Translations under genes and position numbers: made by a program
Assembly: GCA_964516815.1 (NCBI GenBank)
Contig: CAZEXK010000004.1
Location: 19,255-83,254, forward strand
Source: an uncultured Helicobacter sp.
Lineage (GTDB): Bacteria > Campylobacterota > Campylobacteria > Campylobacterales > Arcobacteraceae
Direction: 5' to 3'
DNA: 64,000 nt
Shown here: positions 50,047 through 59,257 of the stretch, piece by piece
Numbering within the stretch: the first letter of the stretch is position 1
Layout of the letters: each line of letters opens with the position of its first letter
Notes under the pieces: model-generated
Databases searched by the model: none
Told to the model about the DNA's origin: nothing
The model's input: only the letters and a program-made list of their open reading frames with translations

Positions 50047-50064
50047 ATATAATCGCGATTATAT
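50047..50064 (+). promoter_or_regulatory. Putative rseP promoter: -10 box embedded in the perfect 18-bp palindrome ATATAATCGCGATTATAT
   Basis: TATAAT at 50048-50053 lies 22 nt before the ATG, and the RBS AGGA falls in between. It is 17/18 identical to 23221-23238. Confidence 0.45.
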
Positions 50065-50075
50065 AAATATTAGGA

Positions 50076-51131
50076 ATGATTTTGGGAATAATTAGCTTTT
50101 TACTAGTTTTATCCGTACTAGTTTTTGTTCATGAACTTGGTCATTATAGTGTTGCTAAGTATTATGGGGTAACCGTTTACGATTTTTCTATTGGATTTGG
50201 TAAAAAACTTATTACTAAAAGATTTTTTAATACTAATTGGAGTTTATCTTTAATTCCCTTGGGTGGATATGTTCGTATGAAAGGTCAAGAAGACTTAAAC
50301 CCTTCATATGAAAATATTCAAAGCGATAGTTATAATGCCTTGACACCGTTAAAAAGAATTATGATTTTACTAGCTGGTCCTGCTGCTAATTTTTTACTTG
50401 CTTTTGTTTTATATTTTGTAATAGCATTAATGCCACATCAAACTTTAAGCGCAACTATTGGAAAAGTTTTAGATAATTCCCCTGCTTTAAGCGCTGGATT
50501 AAAAGTTAATGATAAAATATTAAAAATAAATAATGTGAATATAAACTCATGGGGTGAAATGAGTAAGATAATTTCTAACTCTAAAAACGTTATGCAATTT
50601 ACAATACTAAGAAATAATGAAAAAAAATATATTCAACTAAATACAAAAGTACTTGATAGCAAAAATATTTTTAATGAAAAAATAAAAAAAGCTATGATTG
50701 GAATATCTCCTGCTATGAAATTTACAACTATTTCTTATGGATTTAGCGATGGTTTTGTTTTTGCTTATGACAAAACTATTCAAGCATCAAAAATGATATT
50801 TCAAGGTGTGCAAAAATTAATACAAGGAATTGTACCATCTAGCGAGGTTGGTGGGGTAATTAGTATAGGTAAAGTTATATCAGATGCATCTGAGTCTGGA
50901 ATTGTTTCCTTATTTATAATATCAGCACTTATTTCAGTTAATTTAGGAGTATTAAATCTTTTACCAATTCCTGCACTAGATGGTGGTCATATTATGTTTA
51001 ATATATATGAACTAATTACAAAAAGAAAACCAAGTCAAAGAATTTTAATTCAACTTACCATCATAGGATGGATCTTATTAATAGGACTCATGACTCTTGG
51101 ATTGTATAACGACATAAATAGATTATTTTAA
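50076..51131 (+). CDS. rseP: RIP metalloprotease RseP (site-2 protease, M50)
   Basis: 351-aa ORF with HELGH in TM1, a central PDZ domain and the NLLPIPALDGGH motif. Confidence 0.92.
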   Translation: MILGIISFLLVLSVLVFVHELGHYSVAKYYGVTVYDFSIGFGKKLITKRFFNTNWSLSLIPLGGYVRMKGQEDLNPSYENIQSDSYNALTPLKRIMILLAGPAANFLLAFVLYFVIALMPHQTLSATIGKVLDNSPALSAGLKVNDKILKINNVNINSWGEMSKIISNSKNVMQFTILRNNEKKYIQLNTKVLDSKNIFNEKIKKAMIGISPAMKFTTISYGFSDGFVFAYDKTIQASKMIFQGVQKLIQGIVPSSEVGGVISIGKVISDASESGIVSLFIISALISVNLGVLNLLPIPALDGGHIMFNIYELITKRKPSQRILIQLTIIGWILLIGLMTLGLYNDINRLF

Positions 51132-51140
51132 AGGATATGA

Positions 51141-51818
51141 ATGATTAGCAAAGAACAAGCAGTAAAAAACCTTGATGAAATCATAACAAAAAATGAATTT
51201 GCAAGAATACAAGTTAATGCTCACCATATAGTACAAATAGTAGGTGTTAGTAAATATAATACAAGTGAAGACATCAAAACTTTATACAGTGTTGGTCAAA
51301 GAGCTTTTGGCGAAAATAAAGTACAAGATTTAAAAGAAAAATCACAAATATTAGATGAATTTCCATTGTCTTGGCATTTTATAGGAACTTTACAAAAAAA
51401 TAAAATAAACAATCTAATAGATGCTAGACCTGTACTTATGCATTCTTTAGATTCAATTGATTTAGCCATTGAACTTAATAAAAAGTTAATAACAAAAAAT
51501 ACTACAATGAATTGTCTTTTGCAAATAAATAGTGCAAATGAACAAAGTAAATCAGGAGTAAATGTAAGTGAAGCAGTTACTATTTATGAACAAATATTAA
51601 ATACTTGTCCAAATATAGTTTTAAAGGGCGTTATGAGCATTGGGGCACATACAAAAGATATAAAATTAATAAAAGAAAGCTTTATGACTACTAAAAGTAT
51701 TTTTGATAAATGTAAGGGAGCAAAAATTTGTTCTATGGGAATGAGTGCTGATTATGAATTGGCTATTTCTTGTGGCTCAAATATGGTAAGAATTGGCTCT
51801 GCTTTATTTAAAAAGTAA
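51141..51818 (+). CDS. yggS: YggS-family pyridoxal phosphate homeostasis protein
   Basis: 225-aa ORF with VSKY, FGENKVQ, WHFIGTLQKNK, LSMGMS.D and VRIGSALF motifs. Confidence 0.9.
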   Translation: MISKEQAVKNLDEIITKNEFARIQVNAHHIVQIVGVSKYNTSEDIKTLYSVGQRAFGENKVQDLKEKSQILDEFPLSWHFIGTLQKNKINNLIDARPVLMHSLDSIDLAIELNKKLITKNTTMNCLLQINSANEQSKSGVNVSEAVTIYEQILNTCPNIVLKGVMSIGAHTKDIKLIKESFMTTKSIFDKCKGAKICSMGMSADYELAISCGSNMVRIGSALFKK

Positions 51819-51828
51819 AGTAAAAGCC

Positions 51829-51987
51829 TTACTCTTCATCTTTTTTATTTAAATCTTTTTGTCTTTTTTCCAATTCATCCATTCTTTTATTGTGTTTTTG
51901 AACTTGTTGTTTATTAAATCCAGCAACTAAAAATATAAGCAATAATACGAATAGTATTAAAACAATTGTGTCGATTATCTCATTCAT
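51829..51987 (-). CDS. Candidate small membrane protein (52 aa)
   Basis: The ATG overlaps the upstream TGA (ATGA at 51984-51987). The product, MNEIIDTIVLILFVLLLIFLVAGFNKQQVQKHNKRMDELEKRQKDLNKKDEE*, has one TM segment and a charged tail. It is below the ORF-track cutoff. Confidence 0.5.
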   Translation of the reverse strand: MNEIIDTIVLILFVLLLIFLVAGFNKQQVQKHNKRMDELEKRQKDLNKKDEE

Positions 51988-52352
51988 ATTAAATCCTCAT
52001 ATATACAAGCATCAATTTCATTTAATGCTAGTTGTTCAATCTCATCATCATTATTTATAATTTGTGCAATTTTTGAATCAAACATATAACTTTGTGCTAT
52101 TTTTTGTATTTCTAAGGCTTTTTGCTTATTTGTTATAATAAATGAACTATTTAAATTATTACAAAATATAGCCTGAGTAATATTATTTACTATAACTGCG
52201 CTTTGTAAATTATTTTTATTACAATATTTTATAATATCTATTTCATAATCAAATAATAAAATACAATTTGGTTTTGTATGGATAATATCAGCAATCTTAT
52301 ATACTTTTTCAAATGTTGGATGTTCAATGTGTTTATTACCTAGTATTATCAT
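51984..52352 (-). CDS. Hypothetical protein (122 aa)
   Basis: ORF in an operon-like chain, 1 nt after the upstream stop. No family recognised. Confidence 0.5.
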   Translation of the reverse strand: MIILGNKHIEHPTFEKVYKIADIIHTKPNCILLFDYEIDIIKYCNKNNLQSAVIVNNITQAIFCNNLNSSFIITNKQKALEIQKIAQSYMFDSKIAQIINNDDEIEQLALNEIDACIYEDLI

Positions 52353-52353
52353 G

Positions 52354-52569
52354 TTAGTTCAAACACTCTTTAGAACAAAAATATTTGCCACTACCTAATA
52401 TTGCATCTTGTTTTGAAATATAAGTTTGACATGAAGCACATTCTATCATGGTATCTACTTCCTCATTCTTATCATCTTTTTTATCCATTAGATTTTCTCT
52501 ATTTTTTTTGAAAAATACAATATAAATTAAAAAACCAATCAACAATAATGCAAAAATTTTAAAAATCAT
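52354..52569 (-). CDS. PP0621-family small protein (TM segment plus C-terminal Cys4 zinc-binding motif)
   Basis: 71 aa: an N-terminal TM segment (IFALLLIGFLIYIVFF), then CASC-x17-FCSKEC. This architecture matches the PP0621 family as recalled. It overlaps the rsmG stop by 4 nt. Confidence 0.6.
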   Translation of the reverse strand: MIFKIFALLLIGFLIYIVFFKKNRENLMDKKDDKNEEVDTMIECASCQTYISKQDAILGSGKYFCSKECLN

Positions 52570-53171
52570 TTTTTATCCTTACTTTTTATATACACATAAT
52601 TTCTATGTTCACCAAAACTTATTACATCATAATTATTTATCTTGGAGACTTCTAGTTCGTTTTGTGCTAAAGAACCTTTATAAAAAAGATATTGTGTGTG
52701 TTCATTTGAAATATCTTTGGTTATATCCAATAGTAGCGAAGTATTTGTAACTGCCCTACTTACAATTAAATCATATTTTTCATTTGATATATCTTCAGCT
52801 CTTTTTTCTATAACTTTTATATTTGTAAGTTTAAGAAAGGAGCTCACAAATTTTAAAAAAGCCACTCTTTTTGCTCTTGGTTCAATTAAAGTACAAGAAA
52901 TATCAGGTCTAGCAATTGCTAAAAGCATTCCTGGATACCCTGCTCCTGTACCAACATCTGCTATAGAAGTATATGTAGATAAAAACTTTAAAACATAAAT
53001 ACTATCTAATATATTTAATTCTATTGCTTCTTGTTGTAAGTCTTTATTGGAGCTTAGGTTATGTACTTTTCCCCATTGTTTGAGTAAAGTTATATATTTT
53101 TCACATCTATCATAAAATATATCATCAAACTCTAAATCAACAGCTTCACATTTTTGTTTTAATTGCATCAT
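52566..53171 (-). CDS. rsmG: 16S rRNA (guanine527-N7)-methyltransferase
   Basis: 201-aa ORF with the SAM motif DVGTGAGYPG and a typical GidB N-terminus. Confidence 0.9.
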   Translation of the reverse strand: MMQLKQKCEAVDLEFDDIFYDRCEKYITLLKQWGKVHNLSSNKDLQQEAIELNILDSIYVLKFLSTYTSIADVGTGAGYPGMLLAIARPDISCTLIEPRAKRVAFLKFVSSFLKLTNIKVIEKRAEDISNEKYDLIVSRAVTNTSLLLDITKDISNEHTQYLFYKGSLAQNELEVSKINNYDVISFGEHRNYVYIKSKDKK

Positions 53172-53728
53172 ATCAAGTGACCCATTTTTTCTTTTTTTAT
53201 ATTAAGATAATTTTCATTTTCTTTAGTTTGACCTACTATGATTTCTATTCTTTTTTTTACTTTTACATTTATTTTATTTATTTTATCAGGATTATTTGTT
53301 AGTAAATTTACCTCTTTTATATTTAAATGATCAAGAATAAAATCAACTATTTCATAGTTTCTTTCATCTGCTGAGAAACCAAGCTGATGATTTGCTGTAA
53401 TTGTATCTAATCCCTTATCTTGTAGTGAATAAGCATTTATTTTATTAAACAATCCAATATCACGACCTTCTTGTCTTAAATAAAGAATCATTCCTGTATT
53501 TTCGTTTATATATTCTAAAGCATAGTTCAATTGTGCTTGACAATCACATTTTATACTACTAATTGCATCTCCTGTTAAACATTCACTATGTATTCTTACA
53601 TTTGTAGTTTCATTTTGTGTATTTGTTTTAATTACAAGATGTTCTTTTTCGCCTTGTCTAAAAGATTGAACTAAAAATTCACCATGTTTAGTTGGTAACT
53701 TTGCAATATTTGAAATTTCTATATTCAT
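53168..53728 (-). CDS. ribA: GTP cyclohydrolase II
   Basis: 186-aa ORF with RIHSECLTGD, C.C and YLRQEGRDIGL motifs. Confidence 0.92.
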   Translation of the reverse strand: MNIEISNIAKLPTKHGEFLVQSFRQGEKEHLVIKTNTQNETTNVRIHSECLTGDAISSIKCDCQAQLNYALEYINENTGMILYLRQEGRDIGLFNKINAYSLQDKGLDTITANHQLGFSADERNYEIVDFILDHLNIKEVNLLTNNPDKINKINVKVKKRIEIIVGQTKENENYLNIKKEKMGHLI

Positions 53729-53775
53729 AAATTTGTATCTACCCTAGTACTATTTTAAGCGATTATACCTAATTA

Positions 53776-55638
53776 TTACTTACTATTTGGCAAAATAACT
53801 TTAAACAAGGCTCCAGTATAATCATCATTTTCATATGTAAAATCATTGTTTACAATTTCTATTTTCCCATTCATGTGATCGTGAATCATTTGATGTGTCA
53901 TATATAAACCCAAACCCGTACCTTGACTTTTATGTTTTGTTGTAAAATAAGGTTCAAATATATTGTTTATTATGTCATTTGGAATTCCACCTGCATTGTC
54001 TTGTATGCTTATTATGACATTATTTTTTTCAAGATAAGTATCTATTAATATCAATTTAGGATTTATATTTTGGTCCTTTAATGCATCTCTTGCATTATTT
54101 ACAATATTTAATAATGATTGAGTCAATTCATTTTCTAAACCATATAATAATATATCTTCTTTATGCGATTGAATTACGTCTATTTTTGCAGATTTTATAT
54201 TTCCATCTACTAGCTTTAATACCTTTTTTACAATTTTTTCAGGTTCATAATTTGTTTTTATAGCATCATTTTTTAAAAAACTTTGAAAGTCACTTATAGT
54301 ATTTGATAAAAATTCTGTATTTTCAACTATGTCATCTAATGATTGATAAAGTTCATTATCTTCTAAAATATTAAGTTCATGATTGACTTTAATACTACTA
54401 GCTCCAATAGAAATAGATGATAAAGGTTGTCTCCATTGATGAGCAATATTACCAATCATTTCTCCCATTGCTGCCATTTTTGATTGTTGAGATAACATTT
54501 TTTCTTTTCTTTTTATTTCACTAAGATCTAAAACAGCAATAATTTTTATATCTTTTGAATTTATTATTATATTTGTTTCTTTGATTTGAGCTGGAAATTC
54601 AAGTCCATTTTTTTTACGCATTATTATTTCAAACTCATGATTTACATTGTTTTTTAATAATTCTTCTTTATCAAATAAAGTAATGTTGCTAGATACTATG
54701 TCTAAAATATTTTTGCCAATCAGTTTATTTTTTTCTTCATATTCAAATATATGTAAAGCAGCATCATTTGTATCCATACAAATATTATTATCAAACATTA
54801 CAAGTCCCTCAATTGTAGCATTTGTAAGTGCTTTAAAACCATCTAATGATTGTTCTAATTGAGCTTGTTGTTTTTGTAATAATTTTGATTGCATTACATA
54901 ATTCATCCACAATTCTATTTTTAGATTAAACTCTTCATGAATTACTGGAATTTTTATAAAATCACTCAGTCCGTTTTGAATATAGTCTTGTAACTGTAAA
55001 GGATCGTATTTGTTAGTTAGTGCTAAAATAGGCAATGTTTTTGAGATTTTACTTCTTGCTTTTGATACTAAATCATGACTATTTATATCATTTAAATTTA
55101 TATCCAAAATAATCATAGAAATATTATAATCATCTATAGCTTTCCAGCCAGCTGTTCCAGTTGAAACTACTTCAACTTCATAACATCTTTGTTTTAACAA
55201 CTTTAATATAATAGATCTTGTATCATTGTCTTTTTTTATAAGTAATATTTTATGGTTTTTATTGTTTACTAGTTTTTGAATTAAAGTAGTAATTTCATGT
55301 ATTATTGTAAGAATATTATTTAATTTAATTTTATATCCTAGTAATCCACACTTAATAAATTGTTTTCTAGAACTAATTTCTATATCGTTTGTTAAAAATA
55401 TTATATTAGTTATTGATATACTCTTTACGTGTTCTATTATTTGAATTTCTTCTTCACTAGATTCATCACTATTGATTATGAGTAAATCTACATGATTATT
55501 TGTAACATACTCATATAAATTAAGTGTGTCGTCTTCTTGTTTTATATTATATCCTGCTTTATGCATTTCATTGTAAATTAGCTTAGTACTATGAGAGCAA
55601 GTGTCATGTAATAATATAGTAAAATCGTTATTTACCAT
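53776..55638 (-). CDS. Cytoplasmic hybrid sensor: two atypical receiver domains, a PAS domain and a histidine kinase
   Basis: 620-aa ORF with no TM segment. It contains REC-like 1 (aa ~5-120), REC-like 2 (aa ~130-245, IILDINL...LALT...FIKIP) and a PAS domain (aa ~270-380). The kinase core has H-box IAHQWRQPL, N-box NIVNNARDA, G1 QDNAGGI and G2 GTGLGL. Confidence 0.85.
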   Translation of the reverse strand: MVNNDFTILLHDTCSHSTKLIYNEMHKAGYNIKQEDDTLNLYEYVTNNHVDLLIINSDESSEEEIQIIEHVKSISITNIIFLTNDIEISSRKQFIKCGLLGYKIKLNNILTIIHEITTLIQKLVNNKNHKILLIKKDNDTRSIILKLLKQRCYEVEVVSTGTAGWKAIDDYNISMIILDINLNDINSHDLVSKARSKISKTLPILALTNKYDPLQLQDYIQNGLSDFIKIPVIHEEFNLKIELWMNYVMQSKLLQKQQAQLEQSLDGFKALTNATIEGLVMFDNNICMDTNDAALHIFEYEEKNKLIGKNILDIVSSNITLFDKEELLKNNVNHEFEIIMRKKNGLEFPAQIKETNIIINSKDIKIIAVLDLSEIKRKEKMLSQQSKMAAMGEMIGNIAHQWRQPLSSISIGASSIKVNHELNILEDNELYQSLDDIVENTEFLSNTISDFQSFLKNDAIKTNYEPEKIVKKVLKLVDGNIKSAKIDVIQSHKEDILLYGLENELTQSLLNIVNNARDALKDQNINPKLILIDTYLEKNNVIISIQDNAGGIPNDIINNIFEPYFTTKHKSQGTGLGLYMTHQMIHDHMNGKIEIVNNDFTYENDDYTGALFKVILPNSK

Positions 55639-56389
55639 TGCTGTCCTTTTCTAGCGAGAATTCTATTAATTGTTCTACATAATGTATATACTCTGGTACA
55701 TTTTCTAATGATTTTTTTAAAATACTTACAGTACTTAGTGCATCATCATAAGCCCTATGGTGAGTACCTATATTTATATTTAAGTCTTCTTTTAAATATT
55801 TTAATCCATACCTTTTTGCAACAATTGTTTTTTTTGCCAAATCAATTGTACATAATTTTCTATTAAAAAGTTCTCCTAAACTATATTTTTTAAAGCTATC
55901 GTTTATAAATTTATAATCAAATGAAATATTGTGTGCAACAAATACATCATCTTCTAAAAATATTTTAAACTCCTCTAGGACATCTTTTAAGTTTCTTGCA
56001 TCTTTTAGCATGTCCATCGTGATACCAGTGATTTCTTGTACTTTTTTTGGTATATGATTCGCAGTTACAAGTGATTTGTAAGACTCTAATACTTTATTGT
56101 TTTTGATTTTTACCGCACCTATTTCTATGATTTGACCATCTTTTGTATTACTAGCGGTGGTTTCAATATCAACCACACAAAATACTTGATCGTGTAATAG
56201 CGTATTGTTAGTTTTTAAATATACATCAAATTCACCTATATGTATAGGAAAGCCATTTGAGATTATCAATTCTTTTTCAAGTTCAATATTGTTAAAAAAA
56301 GTATTGCTGTTTATTAATATTTCATCAAAATGCTTTACACTCAAAGAACTATTTAGTAATATATTAGTTATGTTATTTATATAACTCAT
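55628..56389 (-). CDS. DnaQ-family 3'-5' exonuclease (DNA polymerase III epsilon-like)
   Basis: 253-aa ORF with Exo I FCVVDIETT, Exo II FVAHNISFD and Exo III HRAYDDA. About 65 aa of N-terminal extension. Confidence 0.8.
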   Translation of the reverse strand: MSYINNITNILLNSSLSVKHFDEILINSNTFFNNIELEKELIISNGFPIHIGEFDVYLKTNNTLLHDQVFCVVDIETTASNTKDGQIIEIGAVKIKNNKVLESYKSLVTANHIPKKVQEITGITMDMLKDARNLKDVLEEFKIFLEDDVFVAHNISFDYKFINDSFKKYSLGELFNRKLCTIDLAKKTIVAKRYGLKYLKEDLNINIGTHHRAYDDALSTVSILKKSLENVPEYIHYVEQLIEFSLEKDSNGK

Positions 56390-56969
56390 TAACCGTGTTC
56401 ATAAATAAATTTAATTTTTTTTTACTTTTAATACCTTTTTCCTCTTCGACTCCAGAACTTAAATCTAAAGCATAAAAATTGTATTTTTTAAAATCATTAA
56501 TATTTGACTGGTTTATACCACCAGCTATTATTATTTTAGAACAATCAATATTATCAAACCATTGCAAGTTTAATCTTTTTCCTTCTCCTCCATATTGTTC
56601 CACAAAAGCATCTATTAATCTATATTCATTGTTGTATTTTTGTACATCTTCTTGACATTTAGCTCTAATAACTCTTATTGATTTTGTTCTTAAATTATCA
56701 AAAAAATCATCTTTAACATCAAAATGTATTTGTGCTAAATCAATTTTACACATTGAACAAATAAAATCGATTTTTGGGGCAACGTCATTTACAAATAAAC
56801 CAACAGTTTGAATAAAAGGAGGCAATTTTTCTATAATTTCTTTAGCCTTTGTGGGATCAATATATCTTTTTGATTTTGTGTAAAATACAAAACCCAAAGC
56901 ATTAGCTCCTGCATCTATAGCATTTAGTGCATCATTTAGGTTTGTAATACCACATATTTTAACTCTCAT
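56373..56969 (-). CDS. trpF: Phosphoribosylanthranilate isomerase
   Basis: 198-aa ORF with MRVKICGIT, GANALGFVF and LDLSSGVE motifs. Confidence 0.9.
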   Translation of the reverse strand: MRVKICGITNLNDALNAIDAGANALGFVFYTKSKRYIDPTKAKEIIEKLPPFIQTVGLFVNDVAPKIDFICSMCKIDLAQIHFDVKDDFFDNLRTKSIRVIRAKCQEDVQKYNNEYRLIDAFVEQYGGEGKRLNLQWFDNIDCSKIIIAGGINQSNINDFKKYNFYALDLSSGVEEEKGIKSKKKLNLFMNTVNELYK

Positions 56970-56975
56970 ATTATA

Positions 56976-57617
56976 TTAAACTTTTAATGATTTTATGGCT
57001 TTAGAATAATCTTTACTTCCATATATGTATGAACCTGCAACCACAACATCAACTCCTGCATCTTTAAGTTGATTGATATTTTTATCGTTTACACCACCAT
57101 CAACTTGGATGAGGCAATTTGGATTTTTTTTATTTATTAGTTTTTTTAATTCTTTTGTTTTTTCAAGTACATCTGAAATAAATTTTTGTCCACCAAAACC
57201 TGGGTTAACAGACATTAATAAAACCATATCTAAGTCTTGAATTAAATATTCTATTAAACTAGGAGGAGTACTTGGGTTTAATACAATTGCAGGTTTTATT
57301 CCCAATGTTCTTAATTTTTGGATGATTCTGTGTGGATGATTTTCACTTTCAATATGAAATGAAATATATTCGGGATTTAAAGGAGCAAATAAATCTATAA
57401 AAAAATTATTGTCTTTAACCATTAAATGAATATCCAATCCTTTACTAGCTATTTTTGCAACACTTGATACTACAACTGGACCTATAGTCATATTTGGTAC
57501 AAAATGACCATCCATAACATCAACATGAATTAAATCACATCCACCATCGCAAATTGCTTTTATTTCATCATCTAATTTTCCAAAATTTGCACTTAAAATA
57601 CTTGGAGCTACTAACAT
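56976..57617 (-). CDS. rpe: Ribulose-phosphate 3-epimerase
   Basis: 213-aa ORF with APSILSANF, HVDVMDGHFVPN, NPGFGGQKF and QVDGG motifs. Confidence 0.96.
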   Translation of the reverse strand: MLVAPSILSANFGKLDDEIKAICDGGCDLIHVDVMDGHFVPNMTIGPVVVSSVAKIASKGLDIHLMVKDNNFFIDLFAPLNPEYISFHIESENHPHRIIQKLRTLGIKPAIVLNPSTPPSLIEYLIQDLDMVLLMSVNPGFGGQKFISDVLEKTKELKKLINKKNPNCLIQVDGGVNDKNINQLKDAGVDVVVAGSYIYGSKDYSKAIKSLKV

Positions 57618-57724
57618 TTATTTTCCTAATTATTTGTATTTTTCAGTATATCCAATTTTTATTAAGCCCTATGTTATAAGCATAATTTAGTTATAGTATT
57701 TATTAAATGAATTAAAGAACTAAA

Positions 57725-58357
57725 ATGCAATATATCGAATTATTTACTTTCACATTTGTTGCCTTTTTACTTGTGGCATCTCCAGGCCCAAATGGTTTGT
57801 TATTTGTAAGAACAATGACAGCTCATGGTAATAAAAATGCATATTCAAATATATTAGGTTTTATCTTAGCACTTTATTTGCATGGTATTTTATCAAGTCT
57901 TGGAATTAGCGCACTAATTAATAGCTCTGAAAAAGCTTTTTTTGCACTAAAGTTTTTAGGAGCATTGTATTTAGCTTATCTTGGTATAAAATCTTTACTT
58001 AATGCTTTTAAAAGTATTAAGTCAAAAAATGAAAATATACAGTACAAATATAAATCTCTTAAAAGTTCGTTTTCTGAAGGGTTTTTAACTTGTGCTTTAA
58101 ATCCTAAAGTGTCTATGTTTTATTTAGCTGCTTTTGCACAATTTATATCTCTAGATAAGTACTCAGTATTTTATGTCTTATTGCTTATAACTATACATTG
58201 TCTTATTAATTTTTTGTGGTTTACTTCTATATTACTTTTGATAAAAAAAATAAAATTTGCATTTAAAAATATAAAACTGCAAAAGGTACTAGAAGGATTT
58301 ACAGGTATTGTATTTATTGCTTTTGGACTTAAACTTCTTAGCTTAGATGCTAAATAA
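57725..58357 (+). CDS. LysE/RhtB-family amino-acid exporter
   Basis: 210-aa ORF with 6 TM segments, an N-terminal SPGPN motif and an NPK motif. Confidence 0.8.
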   Translation: MQYIELFTFTFVAFLLVASPGPNGLLFVRTMTAHGNKNAYSNILGFILALYLHGILSSLGISALINSSEKAFFALKFLGALYLAYLGIKSLLNAFKSIKSKNENIQYKYKSLKSSFSEGFLTCALNPKVSMFYLAAFAQFISLDKYSVFYVLLLITIHCLINFLWFTSILLLIKKIKFAFKNIKLQKVLEGFTGIVFIAFGLKLLSLDAK

Positions 58358-58383
58358 TAATACTTATATAAGAAGGAATAATT

Positions 58384-59256
58384 TTGAAAACAAATGAAGT
58401 AAATAAAATCTTTTATGTTCTAATAGTTTTTGCAATGCTTTTTTGGGGAGCATCTTGGGTAAATGTTAAAGTTTTAGGAGAATATATTAGCTATGAAGAG
58501 CTAGTATTTTATAGATACTTAATAACAACAATTACGATGTTTCCAGTTCTCATATTTATGAAAACTTCTTTTAATATATCATTTAAAAATCTTGGACTTT
58601 CTACATTTGCCTCTGGTTTTCTTATTATATATACTATATTTTTTTATCTTGGTACAAAACATGGAACCGCTGGATTGGGAGGAGCATTAGTTACTACAAC
58701 TATTCCTATTGTTACTTTTATCTTACTTGTTGCTTTTTTCAAAAAAGTTGTATTTAAAAAAGATATTTTTGCTTTAATTGTAGGTGCGGTTGGTGTACTT
58801 ACTATCTTAAATGTATGGCAATTACATATGGATGATATATTAACATCCACAAATTTTTATTTTTTATTATGTTCACTAACATGGGCCATGCTTACTATTG
58901 TGAATACAAAATCAAAAGATATTAATCCTTTGGTTTTCTCATTTTATATTTATGTGATTTCTACTGTTATTTCATTTTTTGTTAGTGATTTTCCAACAGG
59001 AAATATTTTAAACTTAGATTATATATTTTGGATAAATATAGTAGTTATTTCAATTCTTGCTACTACATTTGCTACATCTATATTTTTTCTTGCGATAAAA
59101 AATATAGGTACATCTCAAGCTAGTGCTTTTATCTTTTTAGTACCGTTTTTTGCAATCACTCTTAGTAATATTTTTTTAGATGAAGAAATTTATATTACAA
59201 CTATTTTAGGTACAATCTTAACAATAATAGCAGTGTACACATTAAATAAAAAGTAA
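58384..59256 (+). CDS. DMT-superfamily (EamA) transporter
   Basis: 290-aa ORF with a TTG start and 10 TM segments in two EamA repeats (FWGASWV...; ...LFLDEEI). Confidence 0.8.
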   Translation: MKTNEVNKIFYVLIVFAMLFWGASWVNVKVLGEYISYEELVFYRYLITTITMFPVLIFMKTSFNISFKNLGLSTFASGFLIIYTIFFYLGTKHGTAGLGGALVTTTIPIVTFILLVAFFKKVVFKKDIFALIVGAVGVLTILNVWQLHMDDILTSTNFYFLLCSLTWAMLTIVNTKSKDINPLVFSFYIYVISTVISFFVSDFPTGNILNLDYIFWINIVVISILATTFATSIFFLAIKNIGTSQASAFIFLVPFFAITLSNIFLDEEIYITTILGTILTIIAVYTLNKK

Positions 59257-59257
59257 A

